A stretch of 38,089 nt of DNA from a virus. Taxonomy: Duplodnaviria; Caudoviricetes. The stretch spans positions 1 to 38,089 of IMG/VR virus record IMGVR_UViG_3300001866_000025; one strand, written 5' to 3'. Positions within the stretch are counted from its first letter, which is position 1. The number at the start of each line of letters is the position of its first letter. The notes under the pieces are model-generated. The model was not told where the DNA came from, made no database searches, and saw only the letters and a program-made list of their open reading frames with translations. Position numbers and translations under genes: made by a program. This document shows, piece by piece, positions 16,817 to 26,561 of this stretch.

Positions 16817-18720
16817 AGCCAAAAATAGTATCATATCAAAACTTTTATGGCGGAATATCAATCGACAACAAGGTTGGTATAGATAATTCACACGCTTATT
16901 CAAGATGTATTGATTTTAGAAAAAACCCAAGCCAACTAACACCTTTGGCCGCTACTACTCGTATTGGCTCGAATAACGTAGTCGATTTAATACAACAAAT
17001 TGTGCAGATAGAAGATGGCACTAGGTATGCACTAGGTAACACTGGCTATTTTTATTCAATCAATGCATCTAATGAAGTATCGGCACTATCAAAATTAGAT
17101 GATGGGGCGGCCGGTATGCTTTACAGAGCCGATTTGCAAGAAATGTATATGACATCTACTAAAACCGTATCTTATTATGGTAAATTCCCATCACCGACTA
17201 TACAAATAAACAAATACGCCGAGTCTGTTTCGGTTGATGAAGATGCTGTTAGGACTGGCGGTGCTTTGACTTATGCATTGCCTGATACTATTACGGAAAA
17301 CGCTACTAATATGTGTGAGTTTTTATCTGATATAGAGCCTTTGATGAAAATTAGAGTTCTCGTGGCGGTAGGTGGAACTGGCGATTGGACTTTAACGCTT
17401 CACGATGACGCTAATAATGAACTGGCTACATCTACAGTAGTGGCAGCAAGTATAACCGACGCAACAGCTTTGGACTTTGAGTTTTCAAGTCAAGTAAGAC
17501 TATACGTCAAGCCAAGTGCTAGGACTTATCACTTCCATTTAACAACTACAGTTGAAGATGGCACGGTTACCGTTGCGACAACTAATGATCTAAATACGGC
17601 TGACTTCAGTATCTATGCCGATAGATTGATAAGTACAAACAATGGGTTACACCCGATCGAACAGTTTTTGCAATATGTTTGTATAGGAAATGGGCGTTAT
17701 CTGAGTGTTTGGGAGCCGCTATCAGGAACTCCGAGCAATTTGGAGTGGGATAGGCATAGACTGGACTTTGGTCCAGGCTTTGAAGTTTGCGGGTTATCTA
17801 TAACTGATGAATATTTGGTCATAGCTTGTGAAAAGCGTTCTACCGATGCTGATAGAGATTTCCAACAAGGCAGATTATATTTTTGGGACGGTTTAAGCGA
17901 GACATTTAACTTCTTTATTGAAATAAACGAGGGAGCGCCTGAGGGTCTTTATACCTATCAGAATGTTGTTTATATGATTATCAACGGTGCATTGTATGTT
18001 TGGGCCGGTGGCAAATCACTGATTAAATTAAGGACTCTACTTAATACTGATAGCGAGTTCACAAGTATTTCAGATTCAACTAGGGTATATCCAAATGTGA
18101 TGGGAGTTCGTCGTAATATATTAGTGTTTGGTTATCCGTCAATTACTGCCTCACAGACTATGGAACATGGCGTATTCAGTTATGGTATGGTCGATAAGGA
18201 CTTCCCAGCGAGTTTTGGGTATAATTATGTGATAAGTACTGGCACAAGGCTATATGACGGCTCAAATGCTCTTAGAATCGGTTGTGTGCGAAGTTTTGGC
18301 GATACATTGTATATTTCGTGGCGAGATGACAGTCAAGAGGCAGGATTCAGATACGGTTTAGACGTTGTAAATAATAGTTCGAGTCCGGTTGCTTCTGGCA
18401 CTTGGGAATCTAGGATATTTGACGCAACTACCGTATTTAAGCAAAAAATGGCCAGTGATTTGAAACTAACTTGCGACACTTTACCAGCCAATGTAACTTT
18501 AAGTATGAAATACAAAGTTGATCGTGGCAGTTGGACATATCCTGCTGAGGGAGTGTTGACCGCTGGCAGTACTTACGCCGTTGCAGATGTAGGTAAAAGA
18601 TTCCACGAGATACAGATAGGCTTTGATTGGGCTTCAACTGCTACTACTCCATTCACAGTAACAAGCATGTCATTGGACGTTGACTTATTAACAAATGAAT
18701 CACCATTTAGTGAGGCATAA
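16813..18720 (+). CDS. tail nozzle/tubular protein (beta-propeller, probable)
   Basis: 635 aa, NFYGGI start, beta-rich, follows the adaptor. Confidence 0.7.
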   Translation: MKPKIVSYQNFYGGISIDNKVGIDNSHAYSRCIDFRKNPSQLTPLAATTRIGSNNVVDLIQQIVQIEDGTRYALGNTGYFYSINASNEVSALSKLDDGAAGMLYRADLQEMYMTSTKTVSYYGKFPSPTIQINKYAESVSVDEDAVRTGGALTYALPDTITENATNMCEFLSDIEPLMKIRVLVAVGGTGDWTLTLHDDANNELATSTVVAASITDATALDFEFSSQVRLYVKPSARTYHFHLTTTVEDGTVTVATTNDLNTADFSIYADRLISTNNGLHPIEQFLQYVCIGNGRYLSVWEPLSGTPSNLEWDRHRLDFGPGFEVCGLSITDEYLVIACEKRSTDADRDFQQGRLYFWDGLSETFNFFIEINEGAPEGLYTYQNVVYMIINGALYVWAGGKSLIKLRTLLNTDSEFTSISDSTRVYPNVMGVRRNILVFGYPSITASQTMEHGVFSYGMVDKDFPASFGYNYVISTGTRLYDGSNALRIGCVRSFGDTLYISWRDDSQEAGFRYGLDVVNNSSSPVASGTWESRIFDATTVFKQKMASDLKLTCDTLPANVTLSMKYKVDRGSWTYPAEGVLTAGSTYAVADVGKRFHEIQIGFDWASTATTPFTVTSMSLDVDLLTNESPFSEA

Positions 18721-18721
18721 C

Positions 18722-18964
18722 ATGGACACATCAGATATTTTTAGTGCGAAGCCAACTAGCAATTACAGTTCAGACTCACAACCTACTACTAAAATGAATA
18801 ACATATCAAGCGTGTCTTTATATGATTTGCAGGAACGCATTGCACCAAGACAAATAGCGACTGGTAACAATAGGGGTGAGATGACTATAAAAGGGCTGAT
18901 ACGAGTTGTCGACACTGATGGAAGTATTAGGTTGATATTGGGATATAAAAAAGGAGAGTTCTAG
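18722..18964 (+). CDS. small tail-associated protein
   Basis: GAGG SD; C-terminal RLILGYKKGEF. Confidence 0.65.
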   Translation: MDTSDIFSAKPTSNYSSDSQPTTKMNNISSVSLYDLQERIAPRQIATGNNRGEMTIKGLIRVVDTDGSIRLILGYKKGEF

Positions 18965-19734
18965 TGTCGCTCCCTATTACTACTTTAACTGATAATACGA
19001 CTAACGTGTTAGCAACGGCTGATTATGGCGTAAAAGTATCAAAAGCTGGATTCGACGCTTTAACGGCTAGAGATAACGATTTACTAATGAACTCGTCTTG
19101 GCCGTCATTGCAAATAGTCAAAGTAGTTGAATCGACTGACACAACACCTATTGCTCACGGATTACCTTACCCCACATTAGCAGTTATAATCGGGCAAGAC
19201 CCTCATTTGCCTTATAACAATGTATTCTCGCCGATAGACAGTGATGCCACGTATGTTTACCCCGAAGTTGGGACTGTTATTATTTATAACTTGGATTTGA
19301 CAACTGATGTTGACTATCCATATACCGATAAACCACAAATATTATCTACTTACGATAACAATTATGGTATCAAAATGGCTAAAAAAGGTTCTGACATAAC
19401 AAGCACCGATATGAGGGATTTTATACTTCACTCTCGTTGTGGCTCTCCTATGGTACTAGCCGTTAAAACAGAAGAAACTGTTAGTCCAGATAACCCAAAT
19501 TACATTCAATATACTAATAAATTAGGATACTCGACATTTGTGTTTGGGTATGTTTACAACCCATTTTCAAGTAGATATACTGTAGCTCCACCAGCAGGTC
19601 AGGCATATCCAGTTACTTTTTCAAATGGGGTTACAAGTTATGTACAGATAAATGTGTTTAGCGACAAAGGTTCTTTAGTTATATTAAGAAGCCCGATGTT
19701 TTCAAATGATCCAGTAGAGGTAACGTATCCGTGA
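18964..19734 (+). CDS. tail-associated protein with two YGxKxxKxG domains
   Basis: DYGVKVSKAG and NYGIKMAKKG; GTG start with AGGAG SD. Confidence 0.7.
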   Translation: MSLPITTLTDNTTNVLATADYGVKVSKAGFDALTARDNDLLMNSSWPSLQIVKVVESTDTTPIAHGLPYPTLAVIIGQDPHLPYNNVFSPIDSDATYVYPEVGTVIIYNLDLTTDVDYPYTDKPQILSTYDNNYGIKMAKKGSDITSTDMRDFILHSRCGSPMVLAVKTEETVSPDNPNYIQYTNKLGYSTFVFGYVYNPFSSRYTVAPPAGQAYPVTFSNGVTSYVQINVFSDKGSLVILRSPMFSNDPVEVTYP

Positions 19735-20219
19735 ATGACTATGGTTTAAAAATTAGCAAAAAAGGCATATCGGCAACAAAGACCGACGATTTGTCAGATT
19801 TGATAATGGTTACAAGATATCCACTTGCCAAGATAGATTCAACAACTAGTGACAGTTTTAAGACTATAAGCACCACTTTTTTAAGTACCCCTGCATCAGG
19901 CGTGGAAACTGAGATATATAGATTTACACATCCTTACGATTACGTACCTCAAGCGTGGGGTTTATGGAACGTGGAATATCCAGATACGGCTACTTGGGTT
20001 AGCTACGATCAAGCATACGGTACATACTTATCTGGTATAGCCGCTGGCACACACAATTTATTAGCAAGATATGAAGTAATCGATAGTGAAGTAATATTAT
20101 ATGCAACTGCTACTGATGGAATAATCGGCAATATTGATGTGACTGGATTTATATTAAAATTAACTATATATATATTTGCTGACGATTTATCAGCACAGGA
20201 TTACACGACTGATGATTAA
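19731..20219 (+). CDS. tail-associated protein, paralog of the previous gene
   Basis: DYGLKISKKG; GTGA overlap. Confidence 0.7.
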   Translation: MNDYGLKISKKGISATKTDDLSDLIMVTRYPLAKIDSTTSDSFKTISTTFLSTPASGVETEIYRFTHPYDYVPQAWGLWNVEYPDTATWVSYDQAYGTYLSGIAAGTHNLLARYEVIDSEVILYATATDGIIGNIDVTGFILKLTIYIFADDLSAQDYTTDD

Positions 20220-20222
20220 CTA

Positions 20223-20273
20223 TGCTATAATAAAACAAAAGCCGGAGCTATCTCTGGTTATTTTATTTAGGAG
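20223..20273 (+). promoter_or_regulatory. late leader element copy 4 (ejection genes)
   Basis: TGCTATAAT...agccggag-ctat-ctctggtt-attttattt-AGGAG. Confidence 0.8.
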
Positions 20274-20279
20274 AATTAG

Positions 20280-21086
20280 ATGGATAGCGCAACTGCATTA
20301 AAAGAATTGAAAAACTATCAAGGCACTAGAAAAAGTGCTGGTGATTATTACTCGCAATACGAGCAAGAAACTGGAGCAACTGAGGCTTCGGCAAGACAAA
20401 AAGAACTTCGTGAAACTATCAGAGGCACTGAGGCACAACTAAAAGGTGTCGGTGAATCTGTGGCCGGTAGGACAAGAGGCCAATTAGTGACTGAGGCACA
20501 AAGGGCTAGATTGCAAAACTTGGAAAGCCAACCGATTGCTGAAACATTAAGCGGTCAGCAGGCTGCCTACTCTGACGTATCATCAGAATATCAGAACTTA
20601 CTGAGTCAGGCTGGTACTAGGGCTGGATTAGCTTATCAGACTGACGCTGATAAATTAGCTGCTTTGGAAGGCACATATAACAAACTATTTGCCGAGGAAC
20701 AAGCTAAAAAGCAACAAGAGCAATGGCTCAAAGAATTTGAAGCTTCAAGGGCTGAATTCGCTGCACAACTGGCTGAAAATCAAAGACAATTTACCGAATC
20801 ACAGGCTGCTAATAGGGAGCAATATGCTGCTCAGGCATCGCTATATGATCAACAAAAATCTGATTCAGAAGCAGCCTTAAAAGCCGCCGAGGAAAAAGCT
20901 GCTGCTCTAGCTGCTCAAGAAGCACGAGAGTTAGCTAGGCTTAGAAGCACAGCAGCTGGTAGTGAAGCTGAACGATTGAAAAAGACTATACCTCAATATT
21001 CTACTGGTAGTTTCCTGAAAGATTACGGTGCGAGCATTGGAAAGTATGGCCCATTGGCATTAATCGGGAAAGGTTGGGGCTGGTAA
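20280..21086 (+). CDS. internal virion/ejection protein (probable)
   Basis: Q/A/E-rich coiled coil in the podovirus ejectosome position. Confidence 0.65.
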   Translation: MDSATALKELKNYQGTRKSAGDYYSQYEQETGATEASARQKELRETIRGTEAQLKGVGESVAGRTRGQLVTEAQRARLQNLESQPIAETLSGQQAAYSDVSSEYQNLLSQAGTRAGLAYQTDADKLAALEGTYNKLFAEEQAKKQQEQWLKEFEASRAEFAAQLAENQRQFTESQAANREQYAAQASLYDQQKSDSEAALKAAEEKAAALAAQEARELARLRSTAAGSEAERLKKTIPQYSTGSFLKDYGASIGKYGPLALIGKGWGW

Positions 21087-23170
21087 TGGCATATCAACTG
21101 ACAGAACAAGATAAACTACTCGCAAGGCAAAATGCTATGCAACGATTTCAGGCTCAGACACCGACAACTAAAAAAACTGGCGGTAATTTTTTAACAAGTT
21201 TGTTACCTACCGCAGGTGGTATTTTAGGCGGAATTGGTGGAACATTCTTTGGCCCAGGTCTAGGTACGGCTGCCGGTGGTGCAGCCGGTGCTGGTGCTGG
21301 TAAATTTTTACAGAATCTATTGGAAGGTAAAAGCGATGCTGGTGAGGGCGTACTAGGTGAAGCCGCATTAGGCACATTAGGAGGCATAGGGAAAGGCCTG
21401 AGTGCTATAAAAGGCGCTAGAACTGCATTAAAAACAGGACAAGGATTAGGCAAAGCAGCACAGGCTTTGAGATATGGCGCACCGGCAGCAAGTGCTATAA
21501 GTACCAGTGCAAATGTAGCAAAAACTGGTATTATATCCAAAGCTGGTAAGAGCCTTGAGAAGTTAGGTGGAAAAACGTTGGGAACGCAGAGTTTGATGAC
21601 TGGGGCGCAGGCAAGAGCCAAAGGTGTAAACCCAATGCAAGCTTTTTCTAATATTAACAAGCGAACTGGGCTGACTAATCTAGATGATATGGCTGAGGTA
21701 TCAAGAGGTTTAACTGGTAAAGAAGGATCAATGCTTGATATGCTGACTAGGGAGGCCGTTGGCAGCACTAGCGGTGTTAAAATACCAAATATGTATAAGA
21801 CAGCCGAATCAGCATTGGATGATTATGGCTCATTATTAACTAAAGGCCAACGAGATGCAGTTTTATATCAAGCTAATAGAGCTGGAATCACAATGTATGG
21901 GGGATCTAAGGGTTCATTGTCTACATTGGCTAATTCGCAAGAAGCACTTAACCAAGCTAATGCGTTTAGAGAAAATTCCAGATTATTAACAAGTGGGTTC
22001 AATGCCACAGCCAAAGACAAACAATTAGCTAAGGTATATAACACATTAGCTTCCTCTATTGAAACACCATTATATAACTCACCAGGAGTATCACAGAGTA
22101 TTCCTAGTTTGATTAAGTCCGGTTCAGATGACTTGTTATTTAAAGCTCAAGATTTAAGGGCTGCTGGTAATGTTGCCCAAGCTAAAGCTTATGAAAAAGT
22201 GGCCCAAGAATTACGAGGCGTTAAAGACATAAAAGAATTGAGAACATTTAAAAAAGACTTTGTTGATATAAGCAAGATTGATGAAGCGACAGCACAAGCT
22301 GAAGGCGCTAGAGGATTGGGCAATGGTGCGTTATCTGGAAGATTCAACCCTGTACAATTATTGTCGAGTGCTATTGCTCCTAAAGCTGGTGGCACTATGG
22401 TTGGTGCTGGTCAGGCATTACAACGAGGCATAAAGTTGCCTCAAATGTCAGGTGCAGCAAAAATAGCCGGTACTCAATTGGCTGGTCGAGCATTGACCGG
22501 CACTTTGCCAACAAGTCAACCAACTACGACTGGGATAGAACCGACTGGAGCTACTAGCATCGGCGGATATGGTACTACTGGATTAACTGGTTATGGCACG
22601 ACTGGAGCAAGTGCATTAGGTGGTGCAACTACTCCAAGTTCTATTTACACTAAAGAAGCCGTTGCTCAAGATATTCAGAATGACCTTGCTGCAACTGGCG
22701 GTGCTAATATGGATAAATACATTACTCTGTATAATTTCTTAAATCCTGAGGCAACAGAAGCAAAATCACAATACGGCAGACCATCATCTCAACAATATGC
22801 CTTAGCTACGTCTGGTTCATCGGCTCTACAATCATTGGCGAGCCAATTATCACAAGATAAAGGTGTGCTTACCAGAACTGCCATACCTGGCCAGAATCTA
22901 CCAATAGTCGGTGGTCTTATAAGTAACATAGCTGGAACTGGTGAATATAAGGCTACGGCTCAGAATGTGCTTGATGCACTAGCTAGGGCTAGAACTGGTG
23001 CGGCTATGACAAAACAAGAAGAGGCATTTTATGAAAGAATGTTGCCTAGGGCTGGTGATAGTGAACAGACTGTACAAGCTAAAATAGCTACTCTACAAGA
23101 AGCTTTTGCACCATTTTTGAATTATACCGGAACAGGTGCGACTGATTTAACCAGTCAATATGCTTATTAG
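21086..23170 (+). CDS. large internal virion/DNA ejection protein (probable)
   Basis: glycine-zipper segments (GGILGGIGG...AAGGAAGAGAG), A/G-rich; C-terminal RARTGAAMTKQE...MLPRAGD. Confidence 0.7.
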   Translation: MAYQLTEQDKLLARQNAMQRFQAQTPTTKKTGGNFLTSLLPTAGGILGGIGGTFFGPGLGTAAGGAAGAGAGKFLQNLLEGKSDAGEGVLGEAALGTLGGIGKGLSAIKGARTALKTGQGLGKAAQALRYGAPAASAISTSANVAKTGIISKAGKSLEKLGGKTLGTQSLMTGAQARAKGVNPMQAFSNINKRTGLTNLDDMAEVSRGLTGKEGSMLDMLTREAVGSTSGVKIPNMYKTAESALDDYGSLLTKGQRDAVLYQANRAGITMYGGSKGSLSTLANSQEALNQANAFRENSRLLTSGFNATAKDKQLAKVYNTLASSIETPLYNSPGVSQSIPSLIKSGSDDLLFKAQDLRAAGNVAQAKAYEKVAQELRGVKDIKELRTFKKDFVDISKIDEATAQAEGARGLGNGALSGRFNPVQLLSSAIAPKAGGTMVGAGQALQRGIKLPQMSGAAKIAGTQLAGRALTGTLPTSQPTTTGIEPTGATSIGGYGTTGLTGYGTTGASALGGATTPSSIYTKEAVAQDIQNDLAATGGANMDKYITLYNFLNPEATEAKSQYGRPSSQQYALATSGSSALQSLASQLSQDKGVLTRTAIPGQNLPIVGGLISNIAGTGEYKATAQNVLDALARARTGAAMTKQEEAFYERMLPRAGDSEQTVQAKIATLQEAFAPFLNYTGTGATDLTSQYAY

Positions 23171-23421
23171 CTTTTAACAACTAACTTAGCGACTTTTGCG
23201 CCTTGTTCCATAATCTCGTCAAAGTTAAGTGATATATCTTTGTTAGATATTTCGTGGCGATCGGCTATGTTTTGGACAATACGAGAGTATATAAAATCTT
23301 GGGCGTGTCTGGCTTGCTCGACTAATGCAAGGAGCGAGGCAACCTCGATTATTTCCTCTGATGTTAAAACGTAGTATTGAGTGTCGGATTTCTTTTTTAG
23401 TATGTCGCTTTTTTTACTCAC
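23167..23421 (-). CDS. hypothetical protein (chaperonin operon)
   Basis: overlapping-gene operon on the minus strand. Confidence 0.7.
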   Translation of the reverse strand: MSKKSDILKKKSDTQYYVLTSEEIIEVASLLALVEQARHAQDFIYSRIVQNIADRHEISNKDISLNFDEIMEQGAKVAKLVVKS

Positions 23422-23647
23422 CTGTATCTCCTTTTATGCCAAAATAATCGTTGGCTTCTTTTTTACCGTAGGCTTCAATATACTCTTGGTTTGGTTTGCC
23501 ATTCTTATATGGCTGGACAATATCACGAGCGTACTTTTCACGCATACTGTTTCGGACAAATTCCCTATGTAGTGGTTGCTCGCTAACTTTTTCGGGTTTA
23601 CCGTCTATTAATTTTCCGTTAACGACTTGCCCGATTATTTTCCTCAC
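23414..23647 (-). CDS. hypothetical protein (chaperonin operon)
   Basis: GTGA overlap with the upstream ORF. Confidence 0.7.
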   Translation of the reverse strand: MRKIIGQVVNGKLIDGKPEKVSEQPLHREFVRNSMREKYARDIVQPYKNGKPNQEYIEAYGKKEANDYFGIKGDTGE

Positions 23648-23925
23648 TGTATTTTAACTCCGGTATCTTCATCATCAACTGGACTGATAGTATTAGTTTC
23701 TATGTCAGGCTCGGATTCTTTACTAGGTACTACACCGCCGAATGGATTATAGTTGGGGTTTTTAGCAATTTCTTGCCTTAGATTGATTGATTCTTCAACT
23801 AATGGTGAGAAATCACCTACATCAAATGGTGTCCTATTTATAGTGTTGTCTTGTCTAAGACTTAGGAACTCGTTTATCTCTTTTGGCGTTCCTTGATATT
23901 CTTCATCGTTGATAAAAACTCTCAT
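23644..23925 (-). CDS. hypothetical protein (chaperonin operon)
   Basis: AAGGAGG SD and ATGA overlap with groEL. Confidence 0.7.
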   Translation of the reverse strand: MRVFINDEEYQGTPKEINEFLSLRQDNTINRTPFDVGDFSPLVEESINLRQEIAKNPNYNPFGGVVPSKESEPDIETNTISPVDDEDTGVKIQ

Positions 23926-25508
23926 CGTCTTCCCTCCTTTATCATGTCTAACATTGTTTCATTGGCTTCATCTGAAAACACCATTACGACCGTTGTGGTG
24001 ATTAATTTACTTGCAACTGAACAAGCGTTTCTGACAACTTCTTTTATTACTAGAGCAGGGTCAATGATGCCAGATTCTCTTAAATCTATCGGTTCGTCGG
24101 TCATATTCTTTAAATCGTAGCCAAAACCGATTGGCTTTTCCAGAACTTTACCTAACTTATACTCGGCTTTTTCACCGGCGTTATTCATTAACTCTATGAA
24201 TAATTGTTGCAAGGTGGAATCAAACGGAGTGCCAGTTACTCTAGCAAGTGTTGTACCACCGCCAGGAACGATGCCATCACGTCTAGCGGCTTGTAAGGCG
24301 CATACAGCGTCATCAACCCTAAGCCTTAGTTCTTCTCGGTCGATGTCAGTTGGAGCGCCTACTTTTACTATGCCTACACGCCCTTTGAGACGAGCTATGC
24401 GGTCTTTTATGGCCATAGTAGTTACTTGATGAGTTTCGGATTCTAACTGGCTTTCTAGCTCATCTAAACGGCGTTTAATCTCTTTTTGATCGCCAGCGCC
24501 GTCTAGAATAGTGGTACTTAATTCCTCGACGATTACTCGTTTGGCCGCACCAAGAAAATCAAGGTTAAAGTCATCGGCTGAATTACCATGATTATAAACT
24601 TTAGCACCAGTCAAAGCCGCCAAATCATCTAATACGATAGACTTCATACCAGCGGTGGCCGGAATACCAGCAACGGTAGCGATTATCTTGCCTGATGTGC
24701 GTTGCATAACTAGGAACTCTAAAGCGTCTTGCATAACTTCGCCTAGTATCAGAATCTCTTTGTAGCCATTACCTACAATCTGGTTAAGGATTGAAGCCAT
24801 TTCCCTGTCTTGGGATATTACTTTATCAGTTAAGAATATAGGTACGTTTTCAAAGTCGGAACTTAAAGTACCGCCGTCTTTAACTAATCTGACATCAGTA
24901 AAACCTTTTCGCATATAGAATCCATCAATAGCCTCGGCATAAACGCCAAGCCCTGTGTGTTCTTCGACGGTTACACCACCCTCTGAACCGACTTCTTTTA
25001 CGGTATCAGCCAACAGTTGAGCGATTGCGTCATCACCACAAGATACTTTGGCAACATCTAAAAGACCGTCATCAGTTAACGGTTCTTTTATGGAGTCGAT
25101 ATATTCAATGGCTTTTTCAGCCGTATCGTCTATCATCTTAGCAACTTCCATCTGGTTATGGCCTGATGAGATCAATTTGCGACCGGCTGCGTATAAATGA
25201 TAAGTCAAGATAGCGACGGCGGTCGTTCCATCGCCTACTGTTGCGTTGTTCTTTTTAGAAGCCTGCAATACGGCTTTGGCGGCTATATTCTCGGCTCTGT
25301 CAGATAACGATACTTTTTCAAGGTTAGTTACGCCATCTCTTGAAATCTTAGAAGCTCCAACAGGCCAGTTATTCTCATACATGACATTACCAGCTTTCGG
25401 GCCATAGGCTGCACGAGCTACTTCATACATCACTTCAACACCAGCTGAAATCTTTTCTCTAGCATCATCACCGATTAGTATTTTTTTAGGGAATATATCC
25501 GGTTTCAC
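23922..25508 (-). CDS. groEL: GroEL-like chaperonin (Cpn60)
   Basis: YGPKAGNV, ISRDGVT, VGDGTTA, GVTVEE, RIARLKG, RVDDAVCA, GIVPGGG, GIIDPALV. Confidence 0.95.
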   Translation of the reverse strand: MKPDIFPKKILIGDDAREKISAGVEVMYEVARAAYGPKAGNVMYENNWPVGASKISRDGVTNLEKVSLSDRAENIAAKAVLQASKKNNATVGDGTTAVAILTYHLYAAGRKLISSGHNQMEVAKMIDDTAEKAIEYIDSIKEPLTDDGLLDVAKVSCGDDAIAQLLADTVKEVGSEGGVTVEEHTGLGVYAEAIDGFYMRKGFTDVRLVKDGGTLSSDFENVPIFLTDKVISQDREMASILNQIVGNGYKEILILGEVMQDALEFLVMQRTSGKIIATVAGIPATAGMKSIVLDDLAALTGAKVYNHGNSADDFNLDFLGAAKRVIVEELSTTILDGAGDQKEIKRRLDELESQLESETHQVTTMAIKDRIARLKGRVGIVKVGAPTDIDREELRLRVDDAVCALQAARRDGIVPGGGTTLARVTGTPFDSTLQQLFIELMNNAGEKAEYKLGKVLEKPIGFGYDLKNMTDEPIDLRESGIIDPALVIKEVVRNACSVASKLITTTVVMVFSDEANETMLDMIKEGRR

Positions 25509-25807
25509 TCGTAGCTCCTTAATTTATCCAATGAGATTATAACTATGTCTTTTTTCAAATCATTATCGTAAATCAAACAATCGGCTTCGGCATATTTAGC
25601 CCAACTTACTCTTTTACCGATTAACGAACCGTAAGTAGTACCATTATCGTCAAAGGCTTTTTCTTCATCTTGTTTTGTTAGTTTTGTTAGTATGCCAGTC
25701 TGAGGTAAATCAAATCTATCATCACCCTTAAAATCTACGTTGCTCATTTGTGTCTTATCAATAATAGCCAAACAGTAGCCTGGCATTGGAGTTTTATTAC
25801 TTTCCAT
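25505..25807 (-). CDS. groES: GroES-like co-chaperonin (divergent)
   Basis: 100 aa directly upstream of groEL; PMPGYCL, PQTGIL, GKRVSWAKYA parallel the GroES pattern. Confidence 0.7.
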   Translation of the reverse strand: MESNKTPMPGYCLAIIDKTQMSNVDFKGDDRFDLPQTGILTKLTKQDEEKAFDDNGTTYGSLIGKRVSWAKYAEADCLIYDNDLKKDIVIISLDKLRSYE

Positions 25808-25815
25808 ATATCGGG

Positions 25816-25838
25816 ATTATATCACATCGTGTTATAAT
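25816..25838. promoter_or_regulatory. back-to-back divergent extended -10 promoters
   Basis: minus-strand TGATATAAT (25816-25824) and plus-strand TGTTATAAT (25830-25838). Confidence 0.75.
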
Positions 25839-25880
25839 TTAGTAAATGGCCTGAGCTTGTCAGGCGTTTTTTATTGGAGA
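25830..25880 (+). promoter_or_regulatory. late leader element copy 5
   Basis: TGTTATAAT...gcctga-gcttg-tcaggc-gtttttt...GGAG; compensatory pair change relative to other copies. Confidence 0.8.
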
Positions 25881-25885
25881 ATAGA

Positions 25886-26026
25886 ATGGCTGATTACACG
25901 ACAGGTGCTATGACAAACCAAACAGTACCTCTAACCGTACCATTTAATGACGGTGTTATATTCACTAATGGGTTGTTCTTAACAATAACGGCAGCAAATT
26001 GTAATTGCCAAGTGATATATGAATAA
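25886..26026 (+). CDS. small protein (46 aa), not in the ORF track
   Basis: GGAG SD after the leader element; MADYTTGAM...GVIFTNGLFLTI...VIYE. Confidence 0.65.
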   Translation: MADYTTGAMTNQTVPLTVPFNDGVIFTNGLFLTITAANCNCQVIYE

Positions 26027-26035
26027 CAAATAATG

Positions 26036-26088
26036 TGGTATACTTTTATCAAAGGCCAGAGCTGACTCTGGCTATTTATTTTAGGAGA
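26036..26088 (+). promoter_or_regulatory. late leader element copy 6
   Basis: TGGTATACT...gccagag-ctga-ctctggc-tatttatttt-AGGAG. Confidence 0.8.
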
Positions 26089-26092
26089 AAAT

Positions 26093-26554
26093 ATGACCAA
26101 ACCAGCACTACAAAGAGATGGAAACTTTAGAACAATAGATACTAACGAGGCATTTTGTCTTGAATCAACTTGGACATTCGCAGAATTAACAACTGGAACA
26201 GCGGCAGCACATACGTTGTTTACGGTAACAGGCAATTGTTTAGTAACAGTATTCGGTGTTTGTGATACCAACCTAGCTGGAGCAGGCGCAACACTTGAAG
26301 TCGGTGTGGCTGGTAATACTCCAGGATTGATCGCACAAACTACTGGAACTGATATTGATGATGGTGATATATGGGTTGATGCAACCCCTGGCGTCGGCGT
26401 TGAGGCATTACCTAGTATGCAAATAGTGAATGATGGTGCGGATATAATTCTAACAATCGGAACTGCAGCCGTAACTGCTGGCAAAATAGATTTCTATTGT
26501 CTATATAGGCCATTATCTGACGGTGCGGTAATTTCAGTAACAACTCCAGCGTAG
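26093..26554 (+). CDS. virion-associated beta-sandwich protein (probable)
   Basis: late leader; GATLEVG...AVTAGKIDFY. Confidence 0.6.
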   Translation: MTKPALQRDGNFRTIDTNEAFCLESTWTFAELTTGTAAAHTLFTVTGNCLVTVFGVCDTNLAGAGATLEVGVAGNTPGLIAQTTGTDIDDGDIWVDATPGVGVEALPSMQIVNDGADIILTIGTAAVTAGKIDFYCLYRPLSDGAVISVTTPA

Positions 26555-26561
26555 GTAACAA

